Shown: positions 35,141 through 44,064 of the stretch, piece by piece
How positions within the stretch are numbered: position 1 is the stretch's first letter
Layout: every line of letters begins with the position of its first letter
Source of the DNA: an uncultured Actinomycetes bacterium
GTDB taxonomy: Bacteria; Actinomycetota; Thermoleophilia; Gaiellales; Gaiellaceae
DNA: 64,000 bases
Reading direction: 5' to 3'
NCBI GenBank assembly: GCA_963759085.1
Contig: CAVWXR010000011.1
Span: forward strand, 91,707 to 155,706
Notes under the pieces: generated by a model
Databases searched by the model: none
What the model was told of the DNA's origin: nothing
What the model saw: only the letters and a program-made list of their open reading frames with translations
Program-made: the position numbers and the translations under genes

Positions 35141-37420
35141 TTGAGAGTCCCCGTTTCCTGGCTGCGCGACTACGTCGCGATCGAGATGCCGCTCGAGGAG
35201 CTGGCGACGCGGCTCTCCATTGCCTCGGCCGAGGTCGAAGGGATCGAGCGGCGCGGCGTCGCCGACGAGGGCGGCAACCTCGAGTTGTTCCGGGTCGGCC
35301 GTGTGCTCGAGGCGATCAAGCACCCGGACGCCGACCGGCTCCAGCTGACGAAGGTCGACGTCGGCGAGGGCGAGCCGCGCTCGATCGTCTGCGGCGCCTG
35401 GAACTTCGGCGTCGGCGCGACGGTCGCGGTTGCCTTGCCGGGCGCGGTGCTGCCGAACGGGATCACGCTCGAGCAGCGCAAGGTGCGCGGCGAGCTCTCC
35501 GACGGGATGATCCTGGCCGAGGACGAGATCGCGCTCGGCTCAGATCACACGGGGATCATGGTGCTGCCGGAGACCGAGCCCGGGACGCCGCTCGCGGATG
35601 TCCTGCCGCTGGTCGACGACGTGCTGCTGATCGAGTCCACCGGCAACCGCCCGGACCTGCAATCGATCCACGGCATCGCCCGGGAAATCGCGACCCTCTA
35701 TGACCTGCCACTTTCGGACGTGTCCCGGTGTCAGACACCGGGACACGTCCCGAGCGGACAGGTGGCAATTCAGATCGACGACTTCGGCGGCTGCCCGCGC
35801 TACATCGGACGGCTGTTCGAGAACGTCGCGATCGAGCCGTCTCCTGTCTGGCTTCGGGCCCGGCTCTTCGCGGCCGGGATGCGGTCGATCTCGAACGTCG
35901 TCGACGTGACGAACTACGTGATGCTCGCCACCGGCAGTCCGCTGCACGCATTCGACTCGACGACGCTCGCGGGCGGCCGCATCATCGTCCGGCGCGCCGC
36001 CGAGGGGGAGAAGATCCGCACGCTCGACGGGGTCGAGCGCGAGCTGGTCGCGGACGACCTCGTGATCGCCGACGCCGAGCGTGCGATCGCGATCGCGGGG
36101 ATCATGGGCGGCGAGGAGACCGAGATCGGCGACGCCACGACGACCGTTCTGCTCGAAGCCGCGAACTTCGAGCCGCACACGATCTTCCGCAGCTCCGAGC
36201 GCCACCGGCTCCGCACCGAGAGCTCGGGCCGCTGGGAGAAAGGCGTCGATCCATATGCGGCGCAGACGGCGATCGACCTGGCGACGACGATGCTGCTCGA
36301 GCTCACCGGCGCCGCCTGGACGGCCGCCACAGACGTCAACGACGGCCTGCCGGAGCCGCCTGTCATCCGCTTTCGCCCGGAGCGCGCCGACGAGGTGATC
36401 GGTCTCGAAACGGCGCCCGACCGTCAATACGAGCTGCTCTCCAAGCTCGGCTTCGAGCACCAGGGCGATGCGGTGGCCGTCCCGACCTGGCGCGCCCGCG
36501 ACGTGACGCGCGAGATCGACGTCGTCGAAGAGGTCGCCCGCTTCCGCCTCGAGGACGTCCCGTTCACCCTCCCCGCCAGGCGCGAGATGTTCGGCACGCT
36601 CACCCGCGAGCAGCAGCTCCGGCGCCGCCTCGAGGACGCGCTCGTCGGGCTCGGCTTCGCGGAGACCTACACGCCGAGCCTCGTCCCGGACGACGAGACG
36701 CCGTGGAAGCTCCCTGAGCCGATCTCCGTCGAGCTGACCGCGCTGCGGACGAGGCTCATCCCGAGCCTTGTCGAGGCGGCACGCCGCAACGTCGATGCCG
36801 GCGCTCGCAACATCGCGCTCTTCGAGATCGCGCGCGTCTATCTCCCCGGGGGCGAGCTCCCGGACGAGCACGTGTCCGTGGCCGGGATCGCCCAGGGCGG
36901 CTTCCTGCACATCAAGGGCGTCGTCGAGGCGATCTTTGCTGCGCTGAAAGCCGAGCCCTGGTTCGAGCGCCTGCGGCAGGAGGAGCTCTTTCACCCGGGC
37001 AAGGCGGCCCTCACACCCGCGGGCATCCTCGGCGAGCTGCACCCGCGGCTGCTCGAAGGCGAGTGGGGAGCATTCGAGCTCGGCCTCACCGACCTCTTCT
37101 CCCAGTCGCGCGAGCCTGTGACGTACACCGACGTGATCACCTATCCGGCGATCAACCAGGACATCGCCGTCTCGGTTCCGGAGAATGTCGCCGCGGGAGA
37201 CCTCGTCGCCGCAGCACGCGAGGCGGCCGGCGCGGAGCTGCGCGAGATCCGCGTCTTCGACGTCTACCGCGGCGAGCAGGTCGGCGCGGGCCGCAAGTCG
37301 GTCGCGTTCTCCGTCGCGTACCAATCGGACGAGCGGACGCTCACCGAGGAGGACGCAATCCGCCTTCGCGAGTCGATCGTCGCCGCGCTGGCGGCCCGGT
37401 TCGGCGCAGAGCTGCGGTAG
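35141..37420 (+). CDS. pheT: phenylalanine--tRNA ligase beta subunit
   Basis: RVGRVLEAIKHPDADRLQLTKVDVG (tRNA-binding domain), CPRYIGR, and a C-terminal FDX-ACB-like end; 759 aa. Confidence 0.95.
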   Translation: MRVPVSWLRDYVAIEMPLEELATRLSIASAEVEGIERRGVADEGGNLELFRVGRVLEAIKHPDADRLQLTKVDVGEGEPRSIVCGAWNFGVGATVAVALPGAVLPNGITLEQRKVRGELSDGMILAEDEIALGSDHTGIMVLPETEPGTPLADVLPLVDDVLLIESTGNRPDLQSIHGIAREIATLYDLPLSDVSRCQTPGHVPSGQVAIQIDDFGGCPRYIGRLFENVAIEPSPVWLRARLFAAGMRSISNVVDVTNYVMLATGSPLHAFDSTTLAGGRIIVRRAAEGEKIRTLDGVERELVADDLVIADAERAIAIAGIMGGEETEIGDATTTVLLEAANFEPHTIFRSSERHRLRTESSGRWEKGVDPYAAQTAIDLATTMLLELTGAAWTAATDVNDGLPEPPVIRFRPERADEVIGLETAPDRQYELLSKLGFEHQGDAVAVPTWRARDVTREIDVVEEVARFRLEDVPFTLPARREMFGTLTREQQLRRRLEDALVGLGFAETYTPSLVPDDETPWKLPEPISVELTALRTRLIPSLVEAARRNVDAGARNIALFEIARVYLPGGELPDEHVSVAGIAQGGFLHIKGVVEAIFAALKAEPWFERLRQEELFHPGKAALTPAGILGELHPRLLEGEWGAFELGLTDLFSQSREPVTYTDVITYPAINQDIAVSVPENVAAGDLVAAAREAAGAELREIRVFDVYRGEQVGAGRKSVAFSVAYQSDERTLTEEDAIRLRESIVAALAARFGAELR
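35716..35750. repeat. perfect 35-bp palindrome inside pheT, member of the dispersed repeat family
   Basis: GGACGTGTCCCGGTGTC-A-GACACCGGGACACGTCC: 17-nt arms, one central base, no mismatch. Translated in frame as (S)DVSRCQTPGHVP(S). Confidence 0.95.
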
Positions 37421-38779
37421 CTACGTCGCGAACACGGGCGGCGTCCGGTCGATCCACGGCCGCGCTTCCTCGATCTGCGCGGCGAGGCGCAGCAGCGTTG
37501 CCTCGTCGCCGGCCCGGCCGAGCAGCTGGATGCCGACGGGCAGCCCCTCGGCTGTCGCGAACGGCACCGAGGCGGCGGGCTGGCCGGTGAGATTCGCGAC
37601 CGCTGTGAACGGCGTGAACTCGGCGGCGCGGCGATAGTGGTCCCACGGGTCGTCCGACTCGGAGACCCAGCCGATCGGGACCGGGAGCTTCGCGAGCGTC
37701 GGCGTGACGACGACGTCGACCTCGTCCCAGAACGACATCACGCGGCGGGCGTACGCCTGCAGCGAGAGCACGGCGCCGACGTACTCCATCGCGGTCGTCC
37801 TGTACGCCAACTCGGCGAGTGCCCCGTTCAACGGCTCGAGCTGATCGGCCGGCACGCCGTAGAGCGGTGGCCCGACCCGCCAGAGCACGCCGAACCGGTC
37901 GAGCAGCCCGTCCTCGCTCCAGAGCGGCGTCGCTTCGCGGACCTCGTGTCCCAGCTCGACGAGCAGGCTGGCCGCGCCGGCGACGGCCGCCGCGCAGGGT
38001 GCGTCGACCGGGAATTCGAGCGGCGGCTCCAGCGTGAACGCGATCCGCAAACGGCCGGGCGCTGCGCCAACCTCGTCCGCAAACGGCCGCGGCGGCGGTG
38101 GCAGCCGGACCGAGTCCCCGGCCTCGTAGCCCGCGATCACGTCGAGGAACGCGGCTGCGTCGCGCACCGTCCAGGAGAGCGGGCCGTTCTGGGAGAGGGG
38201 CAGCCCGCCGTCGCCGTGCGGCGCGCCCGAGACCCGGCCGCGGCTCGGCTTCAACCCGAAGAGGCCGCAGCAGGACGCGGGGATGCGGATCGAGCCGCCG
38301 CCGTCGCTTCCGTGCGCAAGCGGGAGCACGCCCGCCGCCACATGCGCTGCGGCGCCGCCGCTCGACCCACCCGGTGTGCGTCCCAGATCCCAGGGGTTCC
38401 GGCAGGCGCCGTTCAGCGCCGACTCGGTGACGGCGGTCGAGCCGAACTCGGGCGTGTTCGTCTTCCCGACGATCACGAACCCGGCCTCGCGGATACGGCG
38501 CACGACCGCAGCGTCGCGGGCCGGAACGTTGTCGGCGAACGCCCGGCAGGAGTAGGTCGTCCGGATCCCGCGCGTGTCGGTGAGATCCTTGATCGCGATC
38601 GGCACGCCGCGAAACGGGCCGTCGGGAAGCGCATCGAGCGGCTCCTCGCGCCACGTCGTCACGAACGCGTTCAGGTCGGGCTCGACGCTCTCGAGGCGGC
38701 GGAAGGTCGCTTCGACCAGCTCGGCGGGCGTTACCTCGCCGTCGCGGACAGCCGCAGCGAGCGCAACGGCGTCCTCCAC
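37421..38779 (-). CDS. amidase (amidase-signature family)
   Basis: 452 aa with the GGSSGGAAAHVAAG signature. Its stop abuts the pheT stop. Confidence 0.85.
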   Translation of the reverse strand: MEDAVALAAAVRDGEVTPAELVEATFRRLESVEPDLNAFVTTWREEPLDALPDGPFRGVPIAIKDLTDTRGIRTTYSCRAFADNVPARDAAVVRRIREAGFVIVGKTNTPEFGSTAVTESALNGACRNPWDLGRTPGGSSGGAAAHVAAGVLPLAHGSDGGGSIRIPASCCGLFGLKPSRGRVSGAPHGDGGLPLSQNGPLSWTVRDAAAFLDVIAGYEAGDSVRLPPPPRPFADEVGAAPGRLRIAFTLEPPLEFPVDAPCAAAVAGAASLLVELGHEVREATPLWSEDGLLDRFGVLWRVGPPLYGVPADQLEPLNGALAELAYRTTAMEYVGAVLSLQAYARRVMSFWDEVDVVVTPTLAKLPVPIGWVSESDDPWDHYRRAAEFTPFTAVANLTGQPAASVPFATAEGLPVGIQLLGRAGDEATLLRLAAQIEEARPWIDRTPPVFAT

Positions 38780-38781
38780 GG

Positions 38782-39132
38782 CTAGACGGTGCGGCCGGCG
38801 ATCTGCCAGACGGGGCCCTGCGTCCCGACGGGACGCGAGCCCGAGAGCGCGCGCACGATGCGCACCTCACCGCCGATGCCCGCGCCGTCGCAGCGCTCGA
38901 AGCAGCGGGCGACCATGCCGGGCGAGCCGCCGTAGCCGGCCACCCGGGCGCTCCGAAAGCGGAGGATCGCGGCGGTCGGATCGAGGCGCGGGTTGATCGG
39001 TGCCATGAAGAGCGCCGCCTGGTCGACATCGTCGCGCGCTGTCAGCTCGAGCTCCGCGTAGGCGTCGCTCCAGTCCGAGGGCAGTGTCTCGAGGGCGGTC
39101 GCCCACGACTCGGCGAGTGTCGGAGCGGCCAT
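38782..39132 (-). CDS. hypothetical protein
   Basis: ORF 38782-39180. ATG 39132 (MAAPTLAESW) is preferred. Lies 2 nt upstream of the amidase gene. I recognise no family. Confidence 0.5.
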   Translation of the reverse strand: MAAPTLAESWATALETLPSDWSDAYAELELTARDDVDQAALFMAPINPRLDPTAAILRFRSARVAGYGGSPGMVARCFERCDGAGIGGEVRIVRALSGSRPVGTQGPVWQIAGRTV

Positions 39133-39185
39133 GTGGTGAGCGTACCGGTCGAGGAGGCCTGGGCGAGAAAGTAGACTCAAGGGGC

Positions 39186-40157
39186 GTGTCCAAGGTCGAA
39201 AAACGGCGGGCGGTTTCCGAGGAGCGCCTGAGCGACTTTCTGCGCGAGATGCTCCTGATCAGGCGTTTCGAGGAGAAGGTCGAAGAGCGCTTCCGCGCCG
39301 GCGAGCTGCCGGGGTTCCTGCACGTCGCGATTGGCCAGGAAGCGGCGGAGGTCGGCGTCTGCGCCGCAATGGAGGACGGCGACGTGTTCACTTCCACCCA
39401 CCGCGCGCACGGCCACACGCTCGCGCGCGGCACGCATCCGAACGCCTTGATGGCGGAGCTCTACGGGAAGATTGAAGGCTGCTCGCACGGCTACGGCGGC
39501 TCGATGCACCTCTACGACGTCGAGCGCGGCAACATGGGCGCGAACGCCGTCGTCGCTGGCGGGCTGCCGGCGATGGTCGGCGCCGGGCTTGCGTTCAAGC
39601 TCCGCGACGAGCCGCGGGTCGCGGTCGCGTTCTTCGGCGACGGCGCGACGAACACCGGCACCTTCCACGAGTCGCTGAACCTCGCCCAGCTCTGGAAGAC
39701 ACGCACGGTCTTCGTCTGCGAGAACAACGCCTGGGCCGAGTCGACGCCGGGTTGGCAGCACTCGCCGGTCTGGAACGACATGTCGAAGCGCGCGAAGGCC
39801 TACGACATGCGCGCGATCAAGATCGACGGGCAGAACGTCGAAGACGCCTACGAGAAGGCCCGCGAGGCGTTCGAGCACGCACGCTCCGGCGAGGGCCCCG
39901 TCTTCCTGGACGTCGAGACCTTCCGGATGCACGGCCACTACATCGGCGACGCGCAGGTCTACCGCACGAAGGAGGATCGCGAGACGGCGGCCGGCCGGGA
40001 TCCGATCGCTCGGCTGCGCGAGAAGCTCGGAGTCTCCGATACCGACTGGGACGCGCTCGAAGCAGAGGTCGCCGAGATCGTCGAGGCCTCGGTCGAGTTC
40101 GCGAAGAACGGCACCGATCCGCAGCCCGAAGACGCGTTGAAAAACGTCTATGCCTGA
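39186..40157 (+). CDS. 2-oxoacid (pyruvate/acetoin/branched-chain) dehydrogenase E1 alpha subunit
   Basis: GTG 39186. TPP motif FFGDGATNTGTFHESLNLAQLWKTRTVFVCENNAWAES. Confidence 0.9.
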   Translation: MSKVEKRRAVSEERLSDFLREMLLIRRFEEKVEERFRAGELPGFLHVAIGQEAAEVGVCAAMEDGDVFTSTHRAHGHTLARGTHPNALMAELYGKIEGCSHGYGGSMHLYDVERGNMGANAVVAGGLPAMVGAGLAFKLRDEPRVAVAFFGDGATNTGTFHESLNLAQLWKTRTVFVCENNAWAESTPGWQHSPVWNDMSKRAKAYDMRAIKIDGQNVEDAYEKAREAFEHARSGEGPVFLDVETFRMHGHYIGDAQVYRTKEDRETAAGRDPIARLREKLGVSDTDWDALEAEVAEIVEASVEFAKNGTDPQPEDALKNVYA

Positions 40158-41130
40158 GCTCTCGTATCGCGAAGCCGTGCGCGACACGCTCGCCGCCGCG
40201 ATGCGCGGCGATCCCGACGTCTTCGTGATGGGCGAGGACATCGCCGAGATGGGTGGCTCGATGGGCGTCACCCAGGGCCTGCTGGATGAATTCGGCCCTG
40301 AGAGAGTGCGGAATACACCGATTTCGGAGATGGCGATCGTCGGTGCCGGGATCGGCGCCGCGATGCAGGGCATGCGCCCGGTCGTCGAGATCATGTACGA
40401 GGACTTCCTGACGCTCTCGCTGGAGCAGATCGTGAACCAGGCCGCGAAGCACCGCTTCATGTCGGGCGGGCAGGTGAAAGTGCCGCTGACGATCCGCACC
40501 CAGGGTGGAGCCGGTTGGTCTCCGGGCGCGCAGCACGCCCAGCAGCTCGAAGCCTGGCTCGTCCACGTGCCGGGGCTGAAGGTCGTCTACGCGGCGTCGC
40601 CGTCTGATGCGCGCGGGCTGCTCTGGTCGTCGATCTACGACGACAACCCGGTGATCTTCTTCGAGCACCGCCTGCTCTACCCGGTCAAGGAGGACGTTTC
40701 GGGCGAGCTCGAGCCGATCCCGCTCGGGAAGGCCCGCGTCGTTCGCGCGGGCGAGGATGTGACCGTGATCGCGACCGGGCCGCTCGTGCACCGCGCGCTT
40801 GCGGCCGCGGAGCAGGCAGAGGCCGAGGGCATCTCCGTCGAGGTGGTCGACCCGCGCACGCTCTTGCCGCTCGATGAGGACGGGCTCGTTGCCTCGGTGA
40901 AGAAGACGAACCGGGCCGTCGTCGCGCACGAGGCTGTGACCCGCATGGGCTTCGGCGCCGAGGTGGCCGCGGTGCTCCAGGAGAAGGCCTTCGACTGGCT
41001 CGACGCGCCGATCGAGCGCGTGGGGGCGAAGTTCGCGCCGCTCGCGTTCGCGCCGGTGATGGAGCAGTTCAGCATTCCGCAGGCGGCCGACGTGCTTGCG
41101 GCGGTCAAGCGTACGGTCGGGAGGCACTAG
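40150..41130 (+). CDS. 2-oxoacid dehydrogenase E1 beta subunit
   Basis: PISEMAIVGAGIGAAMQGMRPVVEIMYEDF; 8-nt overlap with E1 alpha. Confidence 0.9.
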   Translation: MPELSYREAVRDTLAAAMRGDPDVFVMGEDIAEMGGSMGVTQGLLDEFGPERVRNTPISEMAIVGAGIGAAMQGMRPVVEIMYEDFLTLSLEQIVNQAAKHRFMSGGQVKVPLTIRTQGGAGWSPGAQHAQQLEAWLVHVPGLKVVYAASPSDARGLLWSSIYDDNPVIFFEHRLLYPVKEDVSGELEPIPLGKARVVRAGEDVTVIATGPLVHRALAAAEQAEAEGISVEVVDPRTLLPLDEDGLVASVKKTNRAVVAHEAVTRMGFGAEVAAVLQEKAFDWLDAPIERVGAKFAPLAFAPVMEQFSIPQAADVLAAVKRTVGRH

Positions 41131-41132
41131 TA

Positions 41133-42365
41133 GTGGCCACGGAAGCGACGCTTCCGCGCCTCGGTCAGGGCATGGAATCCGGCATCGTCGTCAAGTGGCT
41201 GAAGGCCGAGGGCGACCGGGTCGAGAAGGGCGAGCCGCTCTACGAGGTCGAGACCGAGAAGGCGACCCAGGAGGTGGAGGCCGAGGCGAGCGGCGTGCTG
41301 CTGAAGATCCTCGTCCAGTCGGGTGAGGTTCCGGTCGGGCAGGTTGTGGCTGTGATCGGCGAAGCCGGCGAGACGTTCGAGGTGGCGGCGCCGGCGCCGT
41401 CGGCGGCGGCGGTCGCCGTGGTGAAAGAGCGCGAGATCGAGGAGAATGCGCCTGTGGCCCCATCCGTCAGCATCGAGTCAGCGGTGAACGGCGGCCGCGT
41501 CAAGGCCTCGCCGCTCGCGCGGCGGATCGCGCGCGAACGCGGGATCGATCTCGCGAGCCTGATCGGCACCGGGCCCGACGGGCGGATCGTCGCCGAGGAC
41601 GTGGAGCGTCCGGCGCAGGCCGCTCCTGTACCGGCGGCCGCGCCGGCCCCGAAGGTTGCGGCGCCCGCGGCTCCTTTTGTCGCAACCGGCGAGGTCGAGT
41701 CCGTGCCGCTCTCGACGATCCGCAAGACGATCGCGCGCCGGCTGACTGCCGCCTGGGAGGTTCCGGTCTTCATCCTCACGATGTCCGTCGACATGACTCC
41801 GGCGAAGGGGCTGATCGAGCGCGCCCGCGAGCTGAACCCGGACGTGCGTATCACCGTCACCGATCTGCTCGCGAAGGTCTGCGCGCAGGCGCTGATGCGG
41901 CATCCGGACGTGAACGTGCAGTTCACCGGCGAGGCGATCCTCCGCTTCCCGTCTGCGCACATCGGGATCGCCGCGGCGGCGCCGCAGGGGCTCGTCGTTC
42001 CGGTGATCCGGTCGGTCGAGCGGCTCTCGCTCTCGGAGACGGCGCAGCACCGCGCCGAGGTGATCGGCCGCGCGCGGGACAACAAGCTTCAGCAGTCCGA
42101 CCTCGAGGGCGGGACGTTCACGATCTCGAACCTCGGCATGTTCGGCGTCGAGCAGTTCATCGCGATCCTGAACCCGCCGCAGGCGGCAATCCTCGCCGTC
42201 GGCGCGACGGAGGATCGTGCGGTCGTGGTCGACGGCGAGCTCGTCGCGCGGCCGATGATGACGATCAGCCTGACCGTCGATCACCGCGCCGTTGACGGCG
42301 CGCCCGCAGCGGACTTCCTCGGCACCGTGAAGACGTTCCTCGAAGAGCCCGCGCTCGCGCTCTAA
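41133..42365 (+). CDS. dihydrolipoamide acyltransferase E2
   Basis: Lipoyl domain YEVETEKATQEVEA, E3-binding ASPLARRIARERGIDL, catalytic LTVDHRAVDGAPAA. Confidence 0.9.
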   Translation: MATEATLPRLGQGMESGIVVKWLKAEGDRVEKGEPLYEVETEKATQEVEAEASGVLLKILVQSGEVPVGQVVAVIGEAGETFEVAAPAPSAAAVAVVKEREIEENAPVAPSVSIESAVNGGRVKASPLARRIARERGIDLASLIGTGPDGRIVAEDVERPAQAAPVPAAAPAPKVAAPAAPFVATGEVESVPLSTIRKTIARRLTAAWEVPVFILTMSVDMTPAKGLIERARELNPDVRITVTDLLAKVCAQALMRHPDVNVQFTGEAILRFPSAHIGIAAAAPQGLVVPVIRSVERLSLSETAQHRAEVIGRARDNKLQQSDLEGGTFTISNLGMFGVEQFIAILNPPQAAILAVGATEDRAVVVDGELVARPMMTISLTVDHRAVDGAPAADFLGTVKTFLEEPALAL

Positions 42366-43266
42366 GAACCTCTAACTCAATGAAGGGACCCGTTCGGCGG
42401 TAGCGAATCCGTCGGCACCTGTTGTCAAGCTCCGGGAGGGTGTCGATGAGGGCGAAGCCGTGGGATGTGCCGGATGGGCTGTGGGAGCGGATCGAGCCGT
42501 TGCTGCCGGCGAGGCAGCGACGTTTTCGTTACCCGGGCCGCAAGCCGCTGGACGACCGGCAGGTGCTGCAGGGCATCTTGTTCGTTCTCCACACCGGGAT
42601 CGGCTGGGAACATCTGCCGCAGGAACTCGGTTTCGGCTGTGGGATGACGGCCTGGCGGCGGCTGCGGACGTGGCAGCAGAACGGCGTCTGGGAGCGGCTG
42701 CACGAGCTGCTGCTCGCGGAGCTTCATGCCGCCGATCAGCTCGAGTGGGAACGGGCGATCGCGGATGGCAGTCACATTCAGGCGAAAAAGGGGGCTCCAA
42801 AACGGGTCCCAGCCCCGTCGATCGCGGCCGGGCAGGCAGCAAGCACCACCTCCTCGTAGACGGCGGCGGGATCCCGCTCGCCTGGACGCTCACCGGCGGC
42901 AACCGCAACGACGTTACCCAGTTGCTCGACCTCCTCGACCGGGTGCCGCCCGTCCGCGGCCGCGTCGGGCGGCCTAGAAGACGACCAACGACGCTACTCG
43001 CCGACCGCGGCTACGACCACGACAAGTACCGCCGGCTGGTCTGGAAGCGCGGCATCAAACCGGTGATCGCGCGGCGCCAGACCGAGCACGGCACCGGGCT
43101 CGGCCGGCATCGCTGGGTCGTCGAACGGACCTTCGCCTGGCTCCACAACCGCCGCCGACTGCTCATCCGCACCGACCGCCGAGACGACATCCACGAAGGC
43201 TTCCTCGCCCTCGCCTGCTGCCTCATCTGCTGGAGCCGACTGGAAAACTCATTCAGTTAGAGCTTC
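42366..43266 (+). mobile_element. IS5-family insertion sequence (IS427/IS1031-like), 901 bp, 3-bp TAA target duplication
   Basis: Terminal inverted repeats GAACCTCTAACTCAATGAA (left) and revcomp GAAGCTCTAACTGAATGAG (right) match at 16/19. TAA lies at 42363-42365 and 43267-43269. Confidence 0.85.
42446..43260 (+). CDS. IS5-family DDE transposase, two frames joined by a probable -1 frameshift at GCG AAA AAG GGG (about 42783-42794)
   Basis: orfA reads KPWDVPDGLWERIEPLLP...RQVLQGILFVLHTGIGWEHLP...WRRLRTWQQNGVWERL. The -1 frame continues EKGGSKTGPSPVDRGRAGSKHHLLVDGGGIPLAWTLTGGNRNDV...LLADRGYDHDKYR...VERTFAWLHNRRRLLIRTDR. Confidence 0.85.
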
Positions 43267-43276
43267 TAACCCCGAA

Positions 43277-43313
43277 CCTCGTCCGGGACGACGTACCGTC
43301 ACAGAAGTGTGAC
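43277..43313. repeat. left REP-like inverted repeat flanking the RAYT gene
   Basis: CCTCGTCCGGGACGACGTACCGTCACAGAAGTGTGAC. The first 27 nt are identical to the reverse complement of the right copy. Contains a GTCACA-GAAG-TGTGAC hairpin. Confidence 0.85.
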
Positions 43314-43314
43314 G

Positions 43315-43872
43315 TCACGACCAGCGTGACCGAAGGCGTCCGTCTGCGACGAGCATGGCGATCCTCCCTCGCGCATCTTCTCCTCCGCCGACCGCATCCA
43401 ACAAGGGCGTCGAGTCAGCGAATGACAACGGCTTCCGGAGTCCGACGAGCCCGCCGTAGCTGCTCCACTCATAGCTCTCCGCAGAACCGAGATTGACTTC
43501 CTCGGGATTGAGCGCGATGTACCGACAGAGCTCGAGAAGATGACCTTCGGCTTCCACGAGGCTGGAAAAGTATGGTGCCCCGTAGACACGACCCTTCCGG
43601 CCATGCCGGCGATTGAACTCCCCTGCGTAGGCACGATTCAGTCGCTGCATCGCAGCCCCAAGCGACCCTTCCTCCACCGTGATCAGGAGGTGGTCGTGAG
43701 TGCCCATCAAACAGACGGCGTTGCAGACGAATTGGCCTTCGCGAACCCTTTGAGCGATCTGCCCGAGTCGGGTCTCGCAATCGAGCCCGTCCGCGAAGAG
43801 TGGCATTCCGGCGACTGCGTGGTTCGTCACGTGATAGAGGCCAGCGACTTGAACGCGGGGGCGGCGTGCCAT
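43315..43872 (-). CDS. REP-associated tyrosine transposase (Y1/HUH, IS200-like fold)
   Basis: 185 aa with YHVTNHAV, the HUH region CLMGTHDHLLI, FNRRHGRKGRVYG, and the catalytic-Tyr region LCRYIALNPEE. Confidence 0.85.
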   Translation of the reverse strand: MARRPRVQVAGLYHVTNHAVAGMPLFADGLDCETRLGQIAQRVREGQFVCNAVCLMGTHDHLLITVEEGSLGAAMQRLNRAYAGEFNRRHGRKGRVYGAPYFSSLVEAEGHLLELCRYIALNPEEVNLGSAESYEWSSYGGLVGLRKPLSFADSTPLLDAVGGGEDARGRIAMLVADGRLRSRWS

Positions 43873-43935
43873 AGCTCGAACTTTGCTGTCCGGAGCCGCC
43901 GGGCGAAAGCCGCGCCGCTCTTTTTTGACTTATTT

Positions 43936-43972
43936 GTCACACTCTTGTGACGGTACGTCGTCCCGGACGAGG
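43936..43972. repeat. right REP-like inverted repeat flanking the RAYT gene
   Basis: GTCACACTCTTGTGACGGTACGTCGTCCCGGACGAGG matches the reverse complement of 43277-43313 at 35/37. Confidence 0.85.
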
Positions 43973-43982
43973 TGCAGGTTGT

Positions 43983-44013
43983 GGGACGTACGTCGTCCGG
44001 AACGAGGTACAGG
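43983..44013. repeat. third, degenerate REP-like copy in tandem with the right repeat
   Basis: GGGACGTACGTCGTCCGGAACGAGGTACAGG compared with GACGGTACGTCGTCCCGGACGAGGTGCAGG. Confidence 0.6.
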
Positions 44014-44064
44014 TTGGGACAGGTTGGGAGGGCGGCGGGCCGACCCGCCCTCGCAGAATGTGGC

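Noticed and set aside
44011-44030. Short tandem AGGTTGGGA x2 and neighbouring REP copies as a possible CRISPR-like array.
   Set aside because: There are only two 9-10-nt units and no spacer structure. The REP copies are inverted and degenerate, not a repeat-spacer array.
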